A stretch of DNA of 64,000 nt, taken from Eledone cirrhosa (Eukaryota). A model generated the notes under the pieces. That model was given only the letters and a program-made list of their open reading frames with translations. It made no database searches and was not told the DNA's origin. The stretch's first letter is position 1. Every line of letters begins with the position of its first letter. Position numbers and translations under genes: made by a program. The stretch covers positions 37,510,001-37,574,000 of the forward strand of contig OZ024748.1 in NCBI GenBank assembly GCA_964016885.1. Reading direction: 5' to 3'. Positions 12,901 through 28,200 of this stretch are shown here, piece after piece.

Positions 12901-15900
12901 CTCTAGATCTAGTATGACAATGTCAGTGTCAGTGTTAACTACCACTAGATCTAGTGTGACAATGTCAGTGTCAGGTTTAACTACCTCAAGATCTAGTGTG
13001 ACAATGTTAGTGTCAGTGTTAACTACCTCTAGATCTAGTATGACAATGTCAGTGTCAGTGTTAACTACCACTAGATCTAGTGTGACAATGTCAGTGTCAG
13101 GTTTAACTACCTCAAGATCTAGTGTGACAATGTTAGTGTCAGAGTTAACTACCTCTAGATCTAGTATGACAATGTTAGTGTCAGTGTTAACTACCACTAG
13201 ATCTAGTATGACAATGTTAGTGTCAGTGTTAACTACCTCTAGATCTAGTATGACAATGTCAGTGTCAGTGTTAACTACCACTAGATCTAGTGTGACAATG
13301 TCAGTGTCAGGTTTAACTACCTCAAGATCTAGTGTGACAATGTTAGTGTCAGTGTTAACTACCTCTAGATCTAGTATGACAATGTCAGTGTCAGTGTTAA
13401 CTACCACTAGATCTAGTATGACAATGTCAGTGTCAGTGTTAACTACCTCTAGATCTAGTATGACAATGTTAGTGTCAGTGTTAACTACCTCTAGATCTAG
13501 TGTGACAATGTTAGTGTCAGTGTTAACTACCTGTAGATATAGTATGACAATGTCAGTGTCAGTGTTAACTACCTCTAGATCTAGTATGACAATGTCAGTG
13601 TCAGTGTTAACTACCACAAGATCTAGTGTGACAATGTTAGTGTCAGTGTTAACTACCTCTAGATATAGTATGACAATGTCAGTGTCAGTGTTAACTACCT
13701 CTAGATCTAGTATGACAATGTTAGTGTCAGTGTTAACTACCTCTAGATCTAGTGTGACAATGTCAGTGTCAGTGTTAACTACCACTAGATCTAGTGTGAC
13801 AATGTCAGTGTCAGGTTTAACTACCTCAAGATCCAGTGTGACAATGTTAGTGACAGTGTTAACTACCTCTAGATCTAGTATGACAATGTTAGTGTCAGTG
13901 TTAACTACCACTAGATCTAGTATGACAATGTTAGTGTCAGTGTTAACTACCTCTAGATCTAGTATGACAATGTTAGTGTCATTGTTAACTATCTCTAGAT
14001 CTAGTGTGACAATATCAGTGTCAGGGTTAACTACCTCAAGATCTAGTGTGACAAAGTTAGTGTCAGTGTTAACAACCTCAAGATCTAGTATGACAATGTT
14101 AGTGTCAGTGTTAACTACCTCTAGATCTAGTATGACAATGTCAGTGTCAGTGTTAACTACCTCTCGATCTAGTATGACAATGTTAGTGTCAGTGTTATCT
14201 ACCTCTAGATCTTGTATGACAATGTCAGTGTCAGTGTTAACTACCTCTAGATCTAGTGAGACGATGTTAGTGTCAGTGTTAACTACCTGTAGATCTAGAA
14301 TGACAATGTCAGTGTTAGGGTTAACTACCTCTAGATCTACTATGACAATGTTAGTGTCAGTGTTAACTACCACTAGATATAGTGTGACAATGTTAGTGTC
14401 AGTGTTAACTACCACTAGATCTAGTATGACAATGTCAGTGTCAGTGTTAACTACCTCTAGATCTAGTGTGACAATGTTAGTGTCAGTGTTAACTACCACT
14501 AGATCTATTATGACAATGTCAGTGTCAGTGTTAACTACCTCTAGATCTAGTATGACAATGTTAGTGTCAGTGTTAACTACCTCTAGATCTAGTGTGACAA
14601 TGTCAGTGTCAGTGTTAACTACCTCAAGATCTAGTGTGACAATGTTAGTGTCAGTGTTAACTACCTCTAGATCTAGTGTGACAATGTTAGTGTCAGTGTT
14701 AACTACCTCTAGATCTAGTATGACAATGTTAGTGTCATTGTTAACTACCTCTAGATCTAGTGTGACAATGTTAGTGTCAGTGTTAACTACCTCAAGATCT
14801 AGTATGACAATGTCAGTGTCAGTGTTAACTACCTCTAGATCTAGTATGACAATGTCAGTGTCAGTGTTAACTACCTCTAGATCTAGTATGACAATGTTAG
14901 TGTCAGTGTTAACTACCTCTAGATCTAGTGTGACAATGTTAATGTCAGTGTTAACTACCTCTAGATCTAGTATGACAATGTTAGTGTCAATGTTAACTAC
15001 CACTAGATCTAGTATGACAATGTTAGTGTCAGTGTTAACTACCTCTAGATCTAATATGGCAATGTTAGTGTCAGTGTTAACTACCTCTAGATCTAGTATG
15101 ACAATGTTAGTGTCAGTGTTAACTACCTCTAGATCTAGTATGACAATGTCAGTGTCAGTGTTAACTACCACTAGATCTAGTGTGACAATGTCAGTGTCAG
15201 GTTTAACTACCTCAAGATCTAGTGTGACAATGTTAGTGTCAGTGTTAACTACCTCTAGATCTAGTATGACAATGTCAGTGTCAGTGTTAACTACCACTAG
15301 ATCTAGTGTGACAATGTCAGTGTCAGGTTTAACTACCTCAAGATCTAGTGTGACAATGTTAGTGTCAGTGTTAACTACCTCTAGATCTAGTATGACAATG
15401 TTAGTGTCAGTGTTAACTACCACTAGATCTAGTATGACAATGTTAGTGTCAGTGTTAACTACCTCTAGATCTAGTATGACAATGTCAGTGTCAGTGTTAA
15501 CTACCACTAGATCTAGTGTGACAATGTCAGTGTCAGGTTTAACTACCTCAAGATCTAGTGTGACAATGTTAGTGGCAGTGTTAACTACCTGTAGATATAG
15601 TATGACAATGTCAGTGTCAGTGTTAACTACCTCTAGATCTAGTATGACAATGTCAGTGTCAGTGTTAACTACCACAAGATCTAGTGTGACAATGTTAGTG
15701 TCAGTGTTAACTACCTCTAGATATAGTATGACAATGTCAGTGTCAGTTTTAACTACCTCTAGATCTAGTATGACAATGTTAGTGTCAGTGTTAACTACCT
15801 CTAGATCTAGTGTGACAATGTCAGTGTCAGTGTTAACTACCACTAGATCTAGTGTGACAATGTCAGTGTCAGGTTTAACTACCTCAAGATCCAGTGTGAC

Positions 15901-16200
15901 AATGTTAGTGACAGTGTTAACTACCTCTAGATCTAGTATGACAATGTTAGTGTCAGTGTTAACTACCACTAGATCTAGTATGACAATGTTAGTGTCAGTG
16001 TTAACTACCTCTAGATCTAGTATGACAATGTTAGTGTCATTGTTAACTATCTCTAGATCTAGTGTGACAATATCAGTGTCAGGGTTAACTACCTCAAGAT
16101 CTAGTGTGACAAAGTTAGTGTCAGTGTTAACAACCTCAAGATCTAGTATGACAATGTTAGTGTCAGTGTTAACTACCTCTAGATCTAGTATGACAATGTC
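6931..16200. repeat. About four tandem copies of a ~2.1-2.5 kb higher-order unit
   Basis: Lines 6961-8160 match 9481-10680 (offset 2520 = 60 monomers). The agatcc marker spacings are 2394, 2268 and 2058 (57, 54 and 49 monomers). Boundaries are approximate. Confidence 0.8.
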
Positions 16201-19200
16201 AGTGTCAGGGTTAACTACCTCAAGATCTAGTATGACAATGTCAGTGTCAGTGTTAACTACCTCTAGATCTAGTGAGACGATGTTAGTGTCAGTGTTAACT
16301 ACCTGTAGATCTAGTATGACAATGTCAGTGTCAGGGTTAACTACCTCTAGTTCTACTATGACAATGTTAGTGTTAGTGTTAACTACCACTAGATCTAGTG
16401 TGACAATGTTAGTGTCAGTGTTAACTACCTCTAGATCTAGTGTGACAATGTTAGTGTCAGTGTTAACTACCACTAGATCTAGTATGACAATGTCAGTGTC
16501 AGTGTTAACTACCTCTAGATCTAGTATGACAATGTTAGTGTCAGTGTTAACTACCACTAGATCTAGTGTGACAATGTCAGTGTCAGTGTTAACTACCTCA
16601 AGATCTAGTGTGACAATGTTAGTGTCAGTGTTAACTACCTCTAGATCTAGTGTGACAATGTTAGTGTCAGTGTTAACTACCACTAGATCTAGTATGACAA
16701 TGTCACTGTCAGTGTTAACTACCTCTAGATCTAGTATGACAATGTTAGTGTCAGTGTTAACTACCACTAGATCTAGTGTGACAATGTCAGTGTCAGTGTT
16801 AACTACCTCAAGATCTAGTATGACAATGTCAGTGTCAGTGTTACCTACCTCTACATCTAGTGTGACAATGTTAGTGTCAGTGTTAACTACCTCTAGATCT
16901 AGTGTGACAATGTCAGTGTCAGTGTTATCTACCTCAAGATCTAGTATGACAATGTCAGTGTCAGTGTTACCTACCTCTAGATCTAGTGTGACAATGTTAG
17001 TGTCAGTGTTAACTACCTCTAGATCTAGTGTGACAATGTTAGTGTCAGTGTTAACTACCTCTAGATATAGTATGACAATGTCAGTGTCAGTGTTAACTAC
17101 CTCTAGATCTAGTATGACAATGTTAGTGTCAGTGTTAACTACCTCTAGATATAGTATGACAATGTCAGTGTCACTGTTAACTACCTCTAGATCTAGTATG
17201 ACAATGTTCGTGTCAGTGTTAACTACCTCTAGATATAGTATGACAATGTCAGTGTCAGTGTTAACTACCACTAGATCTAGTGTGACAATGTCAGTGTCAG
17301 TGTTAACTACCTCAAGATCTAGTGTGACAATGTTAGTGTCAGTGTTAACTACCTCTAGATCTAGTATGACAATGTTAGTGTCAGTGTTAACTACCACTAG
17401 ATCTAGTATGACAATGTCAGTGTCAGTGTTAACTACCTCAAGATCTAGTGTGACAATGTTAGTGTCAGTGTTAACTACCACTAGATCTAGTATGACAATG
17501 TCAGTGTCAGTGTTAACTACCTCTAGATCTAGTATGATAATGTTAGTGTCAGTGTTAACTACCTCTAGATCTAGTGTGACAATGTCAGTGTCAGTGTTAA
17601 CTACCTCAAGATCTAGTGTGACAATGTTAGTGTCAGTGTTAACTACCTCTAGATCTAGTGTGACAATGTTAGTGTCAGTGTTAACTACCTCTAGATATAG
17701 TATGACAATGTCAGTGTCAGTGTTAACTACCTCTAGATATAGTATGACAATGTCAGTGTCAGTGTTAACTACCACAAGATCTAGTGTGACAATGTTAGTG
17801 TCAGTGTTAACTACCTCTAGATCTAGTATGACAATGTCAGTGTCAGTGTTAACTACCTCTAGATCTAGTATGACAATGTCAGTGTCAGTGTTAACTACCT
17901 CTAGATCTAGTATGACAATGTTAGTGTCAGTGTTAACTACCTCTAGATCTAGTGTGACAATGTTAGTGTCAGTGTTAACTACCTCTAGATATAGTATGAC
18001 AATGTCAGTGTCAGTGTTAACTACCTCTAGATCTAGTATGACAATGTCAGTGTCAGTGTTAACTACCACAAGATCTAGTGTGACAATGTTAGTGTCAGTG
18101 TTAACTACCTCTAGATATAGTATGACAATGTCAGTGTCAGTGTTAACTACCTCTAGATCTAGTATGACAATGTTAGTGTCAGTGTTAACTACCTCTAGAT
18201 CTAGTGTGAAAATGTTAGTGTCAGTGTTAACTACCTCTAGATATAGTATGACAATGTCAGTGTCAGTGTTAACTACCTCTAGATCTAGTATGACAATGTC
18301 AGTGTCAGTGTTAACTACCTCTAGATCTAGTGTGACAATATTAGTGTCAGTGTTAACTACCACTAGATCTAGTATGACAATGTCACTGTCAGTGTTAACT
18401 ACCTCTAGATCTAGTATGACAATGTTAGTGTCAGTGTTAACTACCACTAGATCTAGTGTGACAATGTCAGTGTCAGTGTTAACTACCTCAAGATCTAGTA
18501 TGACAATGTCAGTGTCAGTGTTACCTACCTCTACATCTAGTGTGACAATGTTAGTGTCAGTGTTAACTACCTCTAGATCTAGTGTGACAATGTCAGTGTC
18601 AGTGTTATCTACCTCAAGATCTAGTATGACAATGTCAGTGTCAGTGTTACCTACCTCTAGATCTAGTGTGACAATGTTAGTGTCAGTGTTAACTACCTCT
18701 AGATCTAGTGTGACAATGTTAGTGTCAGTGTTAACTACCTCTAGATATAGTATGACAATGTCAGTGTCAGTGTTAACTACCTCTAGATCTAGTATGACAA
18801 TGTTAGTGTCAGTGTTAACTACCTCTAGATATAGTATGACAATGTCAGTGTCACTGTTAACTACCTCTAGATCTAGTATGACAATGTTCGTGTCAGTGTT
18901 AACTACCTCTAGATATAGTATGACAATGTCAGTGTCAGTGTTAACTACCACTAGATCTAGTGTGACAATGTCAGTGTCAGTGTTAACTACCTCAAGATCT
19001 AGTGTGACAATGTTAGTGTCAGTGTTAACTACCTCTAGATCTAGTATGACAATGTCAGTGTCAGTGTTAACTACCTCAAGATCTAGTGTGACAATGTTAG
19101 TGTCAGTGTTAACTACCACTAGATCTAGTATGACAATGTCAGTGTCAGTGTTAACTACCTCTAGATCTAGTATGATAATGTTAGTGTCAGTGTTAACTAC

Positions 19201-22200
19201 CTCTAGATCTAGTGTGACAATGTCAGTGTCAGTGTTAACTACCTCAAGATCTAGTGTGACAATGTTAGTGTCAGTGTTAACTACCTCTAGATCTAGTGTG
19301 ACAATGTTAGTGTCAGTGTTAACTACCTCTAGATATAGTATGACAATGTCAGTGTCAGTGTTAACTACCTCTAGATCTAGTGTGACAATGTTAGTGTCAG
19401 TGTTAACTACCTCTAGATATAGTATGACAATGTCAGTGTCAGTGTTAACTACCTCTAGATCTAGTATGACAATGTCAGTGTCAGTGTTAACTACCACAAG
19501 ATCTAGTGTGACAATGTTAGTGTCAGTGTTAACTACCTCTAGATATAGTATGACAATGTCAGTGTCAGTGTTAACTACCTCTAGATCTAGTATGACAATG
19601 TTAGTGTCAGTGTTAACTACCTCTAGATCTAGTGTGAAAATGTTAGTGTCAGTGTTATCTACCTCTAGATATAGTATGACAATGTCAGTGTCAGTGTTAA
19701 CTACCTCTAGATCTAGTATGACAATGTCAGTGTCAGTGTTAACTACCTCTAGATCTAGTGTGACAATATTAGTGTCAGTGGTAACTACCTCTAGATCTAG
19801 TATGACAATGTTATTGTCAGTGTTAACTACCACTAGATCTAGTATGACAATGTTAGTGTCAGTGTTAACTACCTCTAGATCTAGTATGACAATGTCAGTG
19901 TCAATGTTAACTACCTCTAGATCTAGTATGACAATTTTACTGTCAGTGTTAACTACCTCTAGATCTAGTATGACAATGTCAGTGTCAGGTTTAACTACCA
20001 CTAGATCTAGTATGACAATTTTTCTGTCAGTGTTAACTACCTCTAGATCTAGTTTGACAATGTTAGTGTCAGTGTTAACTACCACTAGATCTAGTATGAC
20101 AATGTTAGTGTCAGTGTTAACTACCTCAAGATCTAGTGTGACAAAGTTAGTGTCAGTGTTAACAACCTCAAGATCTAGTATGACAATGTTAGTGTCAGTG
20201 TTAACTACCTCTAGATCTAGTATGACAATGTCAGTGTCAGTGTTAACTACCTCTCGATCTAGTATGACAATGTTAGTGTCAGTGTTATCTACCTCTAGAT
20301 CTTGTATGACAATGTCAGTGTCAGTGTTAACTACCTCTAGATCTAGTGAGACGATGTTAGTGTCAGTGTTAACTACCTGTAGATCTAGAATGACAATGTC
20401 AGTGTTAGGGTTAACTACCTCTAGATCTACTATGACAATGTTAGTGTCAGTGTTAACTACCACTAGATATAGTGTGACAATGTTAGTGTCAGTGTTAACT
20501 ACCACTAGATCTAGTATTACAATGTCAGTGTCAGTGTTAACTACCTCTAGATCTAGTGTGACAATGTTAGTGTCAGTGTTAACTACCACTAGATCTATTA
20601 TGACAATGTCAGTGTCAGTGTTAACTACCTCTAGATCTAGTATGACAATGTTAGTGTCAGTGTTAACTACCTCTAGATCTAGTGTGACAATGTCAGTGTC
20701 AGTGTTAACTACCTCAAGATCTAGTGTGACAATGTTAGTGTCAGTGTTAACTACCTCTAGATCTAGTGTGACAATGTTAGTGTCAGTGTTAACTACCTCT
20801 AGATCTAGTATGACAATGTTAGTGTCATTGTTAACTACCTCTAGATCTAGTGTGACAATGTTAGTGTCAGTGTTAACTACCTCTAGATCTAGTATGACAA
20901 TGTCAGTGTCAGTGTTAACTACCTCTAGATCTAGTATGACAATGTTAGTGTCATTGTTAACTACCTCTAGATCTAGTGTGACAATGTTAGTGTCAGTGTT
21001 AACTACCTCTAGATCTAGTATGACAATGTCAGTGTCAGTGTTAACTACCTCTAGATCTAGTATGACAATGTTAGTGTCAGTGTTAACTACCTCTAGATCT
21101 AGTATGACAATGTCAGTGTCAGTGTTAACTACCACTAGATCTAGTGTGACAATGTCAGTGTCAGGTTTAACTACCTCAAGATCTAGTGTGACAATGTTAG
21201 TGTCAGTGTTAACTACCTCTAGATCTAGTATGACAATGTCAGTGTCAGTGTTAACTACCACTAGATCAAGTGTGACAATGTCAGTGTCAGGTTTAACTAC
21301 CTCAAGATCTAGTGTGACAATGTTAGTGTCAGTGTTAACTACCTCTAGATCTAGTATGACAATGTTAGTGTCAGTGTTAACTACCACTAGATCTAGTATG
21401 ACAATGTTAGTGTCAGTGTTAACTACCTCTAGATCTAGTATGACAATGTCAGTGTCAGTGTTAACTACCACTAGATCTAGTGTGACAATGTCAGTGTCAG
21501 GTTTAACTACCTCAAGATCTAGTGTGACAATGTTAGTGTCAGTGTTAACGACCTCTAGATCTAGTATGACAATGTCAGTGTCAGTGTTAACTACCACTAG
21601 ATCTAGTATGACAATGTCAGTGTCAGTGTTAACTACCTCTAGATCTAGTATGACAATGTTAGTGTCAGTGTTAACTACCTCTAGATCTAGTGTGACAATG
21701 TTAGTGTCAGTGTTAACTACCTGTAGATATAGTATGACAATGTCAGTGTCAGTGTTAACTACCTCTAGATCTAGTATGACAATGTCAGTGTCAGTGTTAA
21801 CTACCACAAGATCTAGTGTGACAATGTTAGTGTCAGTGTTAACTACCTCTAGATATAGTATGACAATGTCAGTGTCAGTGTTAACTACCTCTAGATCTAG
21901 TATGACAATGTTAGTGTCAGTGTTAACTACCTCTAGATCTAGTGTGACAATGTCAGTGTCAGTGTTAACTACCACTAGATCTAGTGTGACAATGTCAGTG
22001 TCAGGTTTAACTACCTCAAGATCCAGTGTGACAATGTTAGTGACAGTGTTAACTACCTCTAGATCTAGTATGACAATGTTAGTGTCAGTGTTAACTACCA
22101 CTAGATCTAGTATGACAATGTTAGTGTCAGTGTTAACTACCTCTAGATCTAGTATGACAATGTTAGTGTCATTGTTAACTATCTCTAGATCTAGTGTGAC

Positions 22201-25200
22201 AATATCAGTGTCAGGGTTAACTACCTCAAGATCTAGTGTGACAAAGTTAGTGTCAGTGTTAACAACCTCAAGATCTAGTATGACAATGTTAGTGTCAGTG
22301 TTAACTACCTCTAGATCTAGTATGACAATGTCAGTGTCAGGGTTAACTACCTCAAGATCTAGTATGACAATGTCAGTGTCAGTGTTAACTACCTCTAGAT
22401 CTAGTGAGACGATGTTAGTGTCAGTGTTAACTACCTGTAGATCTAGTATGACAATGTCAGTGTCAGGGTTAACTACCTCTAGTTCTACTATGACAATGTT
22501 AGTGTTAATGTTAACTACCACTAGATCTAGTGTGACAATGTTAGTGTCAGTGTTAACTACCTCTAGATCTAGTGTGACAATGTTAGTGTCAGTGTTAACT
22601 ACCACTAGATCTAGTATGACAATGTCAGTGTCAGTGTTAACTACCTCTAGATCTAGTATGACAATGTTAGTGTCAGTGTTAACTACCACTAGATCTAGTG
22701 TGACAATGTCAGTGTCAGTGTTAACTACCTCAAGATCTAGTGTGACAATGTTAGTGTCAGTGTTAACTACCTCTAGATCTAGTGTGACAATGTTAGTGTC
22801 AGTGTTAACTACCACTAGATCTAGTATGACAATGTCACTGTCAGTGTTAACTACCTCTAGATCTAGTATGACAATGTTAGTGTCAGTGTTAACTACCACT
22901 AGATCTAGTGTGACAATGTCAGTGTCAGTGTTAACTACCTCAAGATCTAGTATGACAATGTCAGTGTCAGTGTTACCTACCTCTACATCTAGTGTGACAA
23001 TGTTAGTGTCAGTGTTAACTACCTCTAGATCTAGTGTGACAATGTCAGTGTCAGTGTTATCTACCTCAAGATCTAGTATGACAATGTCAGTGTCAGTGTT
23101 ACCTACCTCTAGATCTAGTGTGACAATGTTAGTGTCAGTGTTAACTACCTCTAGATCTAGTGTGACAATGTTAGTGTCAGTGTTAACTACCTCTAGATAT
23201 AGTATGACAATGTCAGTGTCAGTGTTAACTACCTCTAGATCTAGTATGACAATGTTAGTGTCAGTGTTAACTACCTCTAGATATAGTATGACAATGTCAG
23301 TGTCACTGTTAACTACCTCTAGATCTAGTATGACAATGTTCGTGTCAGTGTTAACTACCTCTAGATATAGTATGACAATGTCAGTGTCAGTGTTAACTAC
23401 CACTAGATCTAGTGTGACAATGTCAGTGTCAGTGTTAACTACCTCAAGATCTAGTGTGACAATGTTAGTGTCAGTGTTAACTACCTCTAGATCTAGTATG
23501 ACAATGTTAGTGTCAGTGTTAACTACCACTAGATCTAGTATGACAATGTCAGTGTCAGTGTTAACTACCTCAAGATCTAGTGTGACAATGTTAGTGTCAG
23601 TGTTAACTACCACTAGATCTAGTATGACAATGTCAGTGTCAGTGTTAACTACCTCTAGATCTAGTATGATAATGTTAGTGTCAGTGTTAACTACCTCTAG
23701 ATCTAGTGTGACAATGTCAGTGTCAGTGTTAACTACCTCAAGATCTAGTGTGACAATGTTAGTGTCAGTGTTAACTACCTCTAGATCTAGTGTGACAATG
23801 TTAGTGTCAGTGTTAACTACCTCTAGATATAGTATGACAATGTCAGTGTCAGTGTTAACTACCTCTAGATATAGTATGACAATGTCAGTGTCAGTGTTAA
23901 CTACCACAAGATCTAGTGTGACAATGTTAGTGTCAGTGTTAACTACCTCTAGATCTAGTATGACAATGTCAGTGTCAGTGTTAACTACCTCTAGATCTAG
24001 TATGACAATGTCAGTGTCAGTGTTAACTACCTCTAGATCTAGTATGACAATGTTAGTGTCAGTGTTAACTACCTCTAGATCTAGTGTGACAATGTTAGTG
24101 TCAGTGTTAACTACCTCTAGATATAGTATGACAATGTCAGTGTCAGTGTTAACTACCTCTAGATCTAGTATGACAATGTCAGTGTCAGTGTTAACTACCA
24201 CAAGATCTAGTGTGACAATGTTAGTGTCAGTGTTAACTACCTCTAGATATAGTATGACAATGTCAGTGTCAGTGTTAACTACCTCTAGATCTAGTATGAC
24301 AATGTTAGTGTCAGTGTTAACTACCTCTAGATCTAGTGTGAAAATGTTAGTGTCAGTGTTAACTACCTCTAGATATAGTATGACAATGTCAGTGTCAGTG
24401 TTAACTACCTCTAGATCTAGTATGACAATGTCAGTGTCAGTGTTAACTACCTCTAGATCTAGTGTGACAATATTAGTGTCAGTGTTAACTACCACTAGAT
24501 CTAGTATGACAATGTCACTGTCAGTGTTAACTACCTCTAGATCTAGTATGACAATGTTAGTGTCAGTGTTAACTACCACTAGATCTAGTGTGACAATGTC
24601 AGTGTCAGTGTTAACTACCTCAAGATCTAGTATGACAATGTCAGTGTCAGTGTTACCTACCTCTACATCTAGTGTGACAATGTTAGTGTCAGTGTTAACT
24701 ACCTCTAGATCTAGTGTGACAATGTCAGTGTCAGTGTTATCTACCTCAAGATCTAGTATGACAATGTCAGTGTCAGTGTTACCTACCTCTAGATCTAGTG
24801 TGACAATGTTAGTGTCAGTGTTAACTACCTCTAGATCTAGTGTGACAATGTTAGTGTCAGTGTTAACTACCTCTAGATATAGTATGACAATGTCAGTGTC
24901 AGTGTTAACTACCTCTAGATCTAGTATGACAATGTTAGTGTCAGTGTTAACTACCTCTAGATATAGTATGACAATGTCAGTGTCACTGTTAACTACCTCT
25001 AGATCTAGTATGACAATGTTCGTGTCAGTGTTAACTACCTCTAGATATAGTATGACAATGTCAGTGTCAGTGTTAACTACCACTAGATCTAGTGTGACAA
25101 TGTCAGTGTCAGTGTTAACTACCTCAAGATCTAGTGTGACAATGTTAGTGTCAGTGTTAACTACCTCTAGATCTAGTATGACAATGTTAGTGTCAGTGTT

Positions 25201-28200
25201 AACTACCACTAGATCTAGTATGACAATGTCAGTGTCAGTGTTAACTACCTCAAGATCTAGTGTGACAATGTTAGTGTCAGTGTTAACTACCACTAGATCT
25301 AGTATGACAATGTCAGTGTCAGTGTTAACTACCTCTAGATCTAGTATGATAATGTTAGTGTCAGTGTTAACTACCTCTAGATCTAGTGTGACAATGTCAG
25401 TGTCAGTGTTAACTACCTCAAGATCTAGTGTGACAATGTTAGTGTCAGTGTTAACTACCTCTAGATCTAGTGTGACAATGTTAGTGTCAGTGTTAACTAC
25501 CTCTAGATATAGTATGACAATGTCAGTGTCAGTGTTAACTACCTCTAGATATAGTATGACAATGTCAGTGTCAGTGTTAACTACCACAAGATCTAGTGTG
25601 ACAATGTTAGTGTCAGTGTTAACTACCTCTAGATCTAGTATGACAATGTCAGTGTCAGTGTTAACTACCTCTAGATCTAGTATGACAATGTTAGTGTCAG
25701 TGTTAACTACCTCTAGATCTAGTGTGACAATGTTAGTGTCAGTGTTAACTACCTCTAGATATAGTATGACAATGTCAGTGTCAGTGTTAACTACCTCTAG
25801 ATCTAGTATGACAATGTCAGTGTCAGTGTTAACTACCACAAGATCTAGTGTGACAATGTTAGTGTCAGTGTTAACTACCTCTAGATATAGTATGACAATG
25901 TCAGTGTCAGTGTTAACTACCTCTAGATCTAGTATGACAATGTTAGTGTCAGTGTTAACTACCTCTAGATCTAGTGTGAAAATGTTAGTGTCAGTGTTAT
26001 CTACCTCTAGATATAGTATGACAATGTCAGTGTCAGTGTTAACTACCTCTAGATCTAGTATGACAATGTCAGTGTCAGTGTTAACTACCTCTAGATCTAG
26101 TGTGACAATATTAGTGTCAGTGGTAACTACCTCTAGATCTAGTATGACAATGTTATTGTCAGTGTTAACTACCACTAGATCTAGTATGACAATGTTAGTG
26201 TCAGTGTTAACTACCTCTAGATCTAGTATGACAATGTCAGTGTCAATGTTAACTACCTCTAGATCTAGTATGACAATTTTACTGTCAGTGTTAACTACCT
26301 CTAGATCTAGTATGACAATGTCAGTGTCAGGTTTAACTACCACTAGATCTAGTATGACAATTTTTCTGTCAGTGTTAACTACCTCTAGATCTAGTTTGAC
26401 AATGTTAGTGTCAGTGTTAACTACCACTAGATCTAGTATGACAATGTTAGTGTCAGTGTTAACTACCTCAAGATCTAGTGTGACAAAGTTAGTGTCAGTG
26501 TTAACAACCTCAAGATCTAGTATGACAATGTTAGTGTCAGTGTTAACTACCTCTAGATCTAGTATGACAATGTCAGTGTCAGTGTTAACTACCTCTCGAT
26601 CTAGTATGACAATGTTAGTGTCAGTGTTATCTACCTCTAGATCTTGTATGACAATGTCAGTGTCAGTGTTAACTACCTCTAGATCTAGTGAGACGATGTT
26701 AGTGTCAGTGTTAACTACCTGTAGATCTAGAATGACAATGTCAGTGTTAGGGTTAACTACCTCTAGATCTACTATGACAATGTTAGTGTCAGTGTTAACT
26801 ACCACTAGATATAGTGTGACAATGTTAGTGTCAGTGTTAACTACCACTAGATCTAGTATGACAATGTCAGTGTCAGTGTTAACTACCTCTAGATCTAGTG
26901 TGACAATGTTAGTGTCAGTGTTAACTACCACTAGATCTATTATGACAATGTCAGTGTCAGTGTTAACTACCTCTAGATCTAGTATGACAATGTTAGTGTC
27001 AGTGTTAACTACCTCTAGATCTAGTGTGACAATGTCAGTGTCAGTGTTAACTACCTCAAGATCTAGTGTGACAATGTTAGTGTCAGTGTTAACTACCTCT
27101 AGATCTAGTGTGACAATGTTAGTGTCAGTGTTAACTACCTCTAGATCTAGTATGACAATGTTAGTGTCATTGTTAACTACCTCTAGATCTAGTGTGACAA
27201 TGTTAGTGTCAGTGTTAACTACCTCTAGATCTAGTATGACAATGTCAGTGTCAGTGTTAACTACCTCTAGATCTAGTATGACAATGTCAGTGTCAGTGTT
27301 AACTACCTCTAGATCTAGTATGACAATGTTAGTGTCAGTGTTAACTACCTCTAGATCTAGTGTGACAATGTTAATGTCAGTGTTAACTACCTCTAGATCT
27401 AGTATGACAATGTTAGTGTCAATGTTAACTACCACTAGATCTAGTATGACAATGTTAGTGTCAGTGTTAACTACCTCTAGATCTAATATGGCAATGTTAG
27501 TGTCAGTGTTAACTACCTCTAGATCTAGTATGACAATGTTAGTGTCAGTGTTAACTACCTCTAGATCTAGTATGACAATGTCAGTGTCAGTGTTAACTAC
27601 CACTAGATCTAGTGTGACAATGTCAGTGTCAGGTTTAACTACCTCAAGATCTAGTGTGACAATGTTAGTGTCAGTGTTAACTACCTCTAGATCTAGTATG
27701 ACAATGTCAGTGTCAGTGTTAACTACCACTAGATCTAGTGTGACAATGTCAGTGTCAGGTTTAACTACCTCAAGATCTAGTGTGACAATGTTAGTGTCAG
27801 TGTTAACTACCTCTAGATCTAGTATGACAATGTTAGTGTCAGTGTTAACTACCACTAGATCTAGTATGACAATGTTAGTGTCAGTGTTAACTACCTCTAG
27901 ATCTAGTATGACAATGTCAGTGTCAGTGTTAACTACCACTAGATCTAGTGTGACAATGTCAGTGTCAGGTTTAACTACCTCAAGATCTAGTGTGACAATG
28001 TTAGTGTCAGTGTTAACTACCTCTAGATCTAGTATGACAATGTCAGTGTCAGTGTTAACTACCACTAGATCTAGTATGACAATGTCAGTGTCAGTGTTAA
28101 CTACCTCTAGATCTAGTATGACAATGTTAGTGTCAGTGTTAACTACCTCTAGATCTAGTGTGACAATGTTAGTGTCAGTGTTAACTACCTGTAGATATAG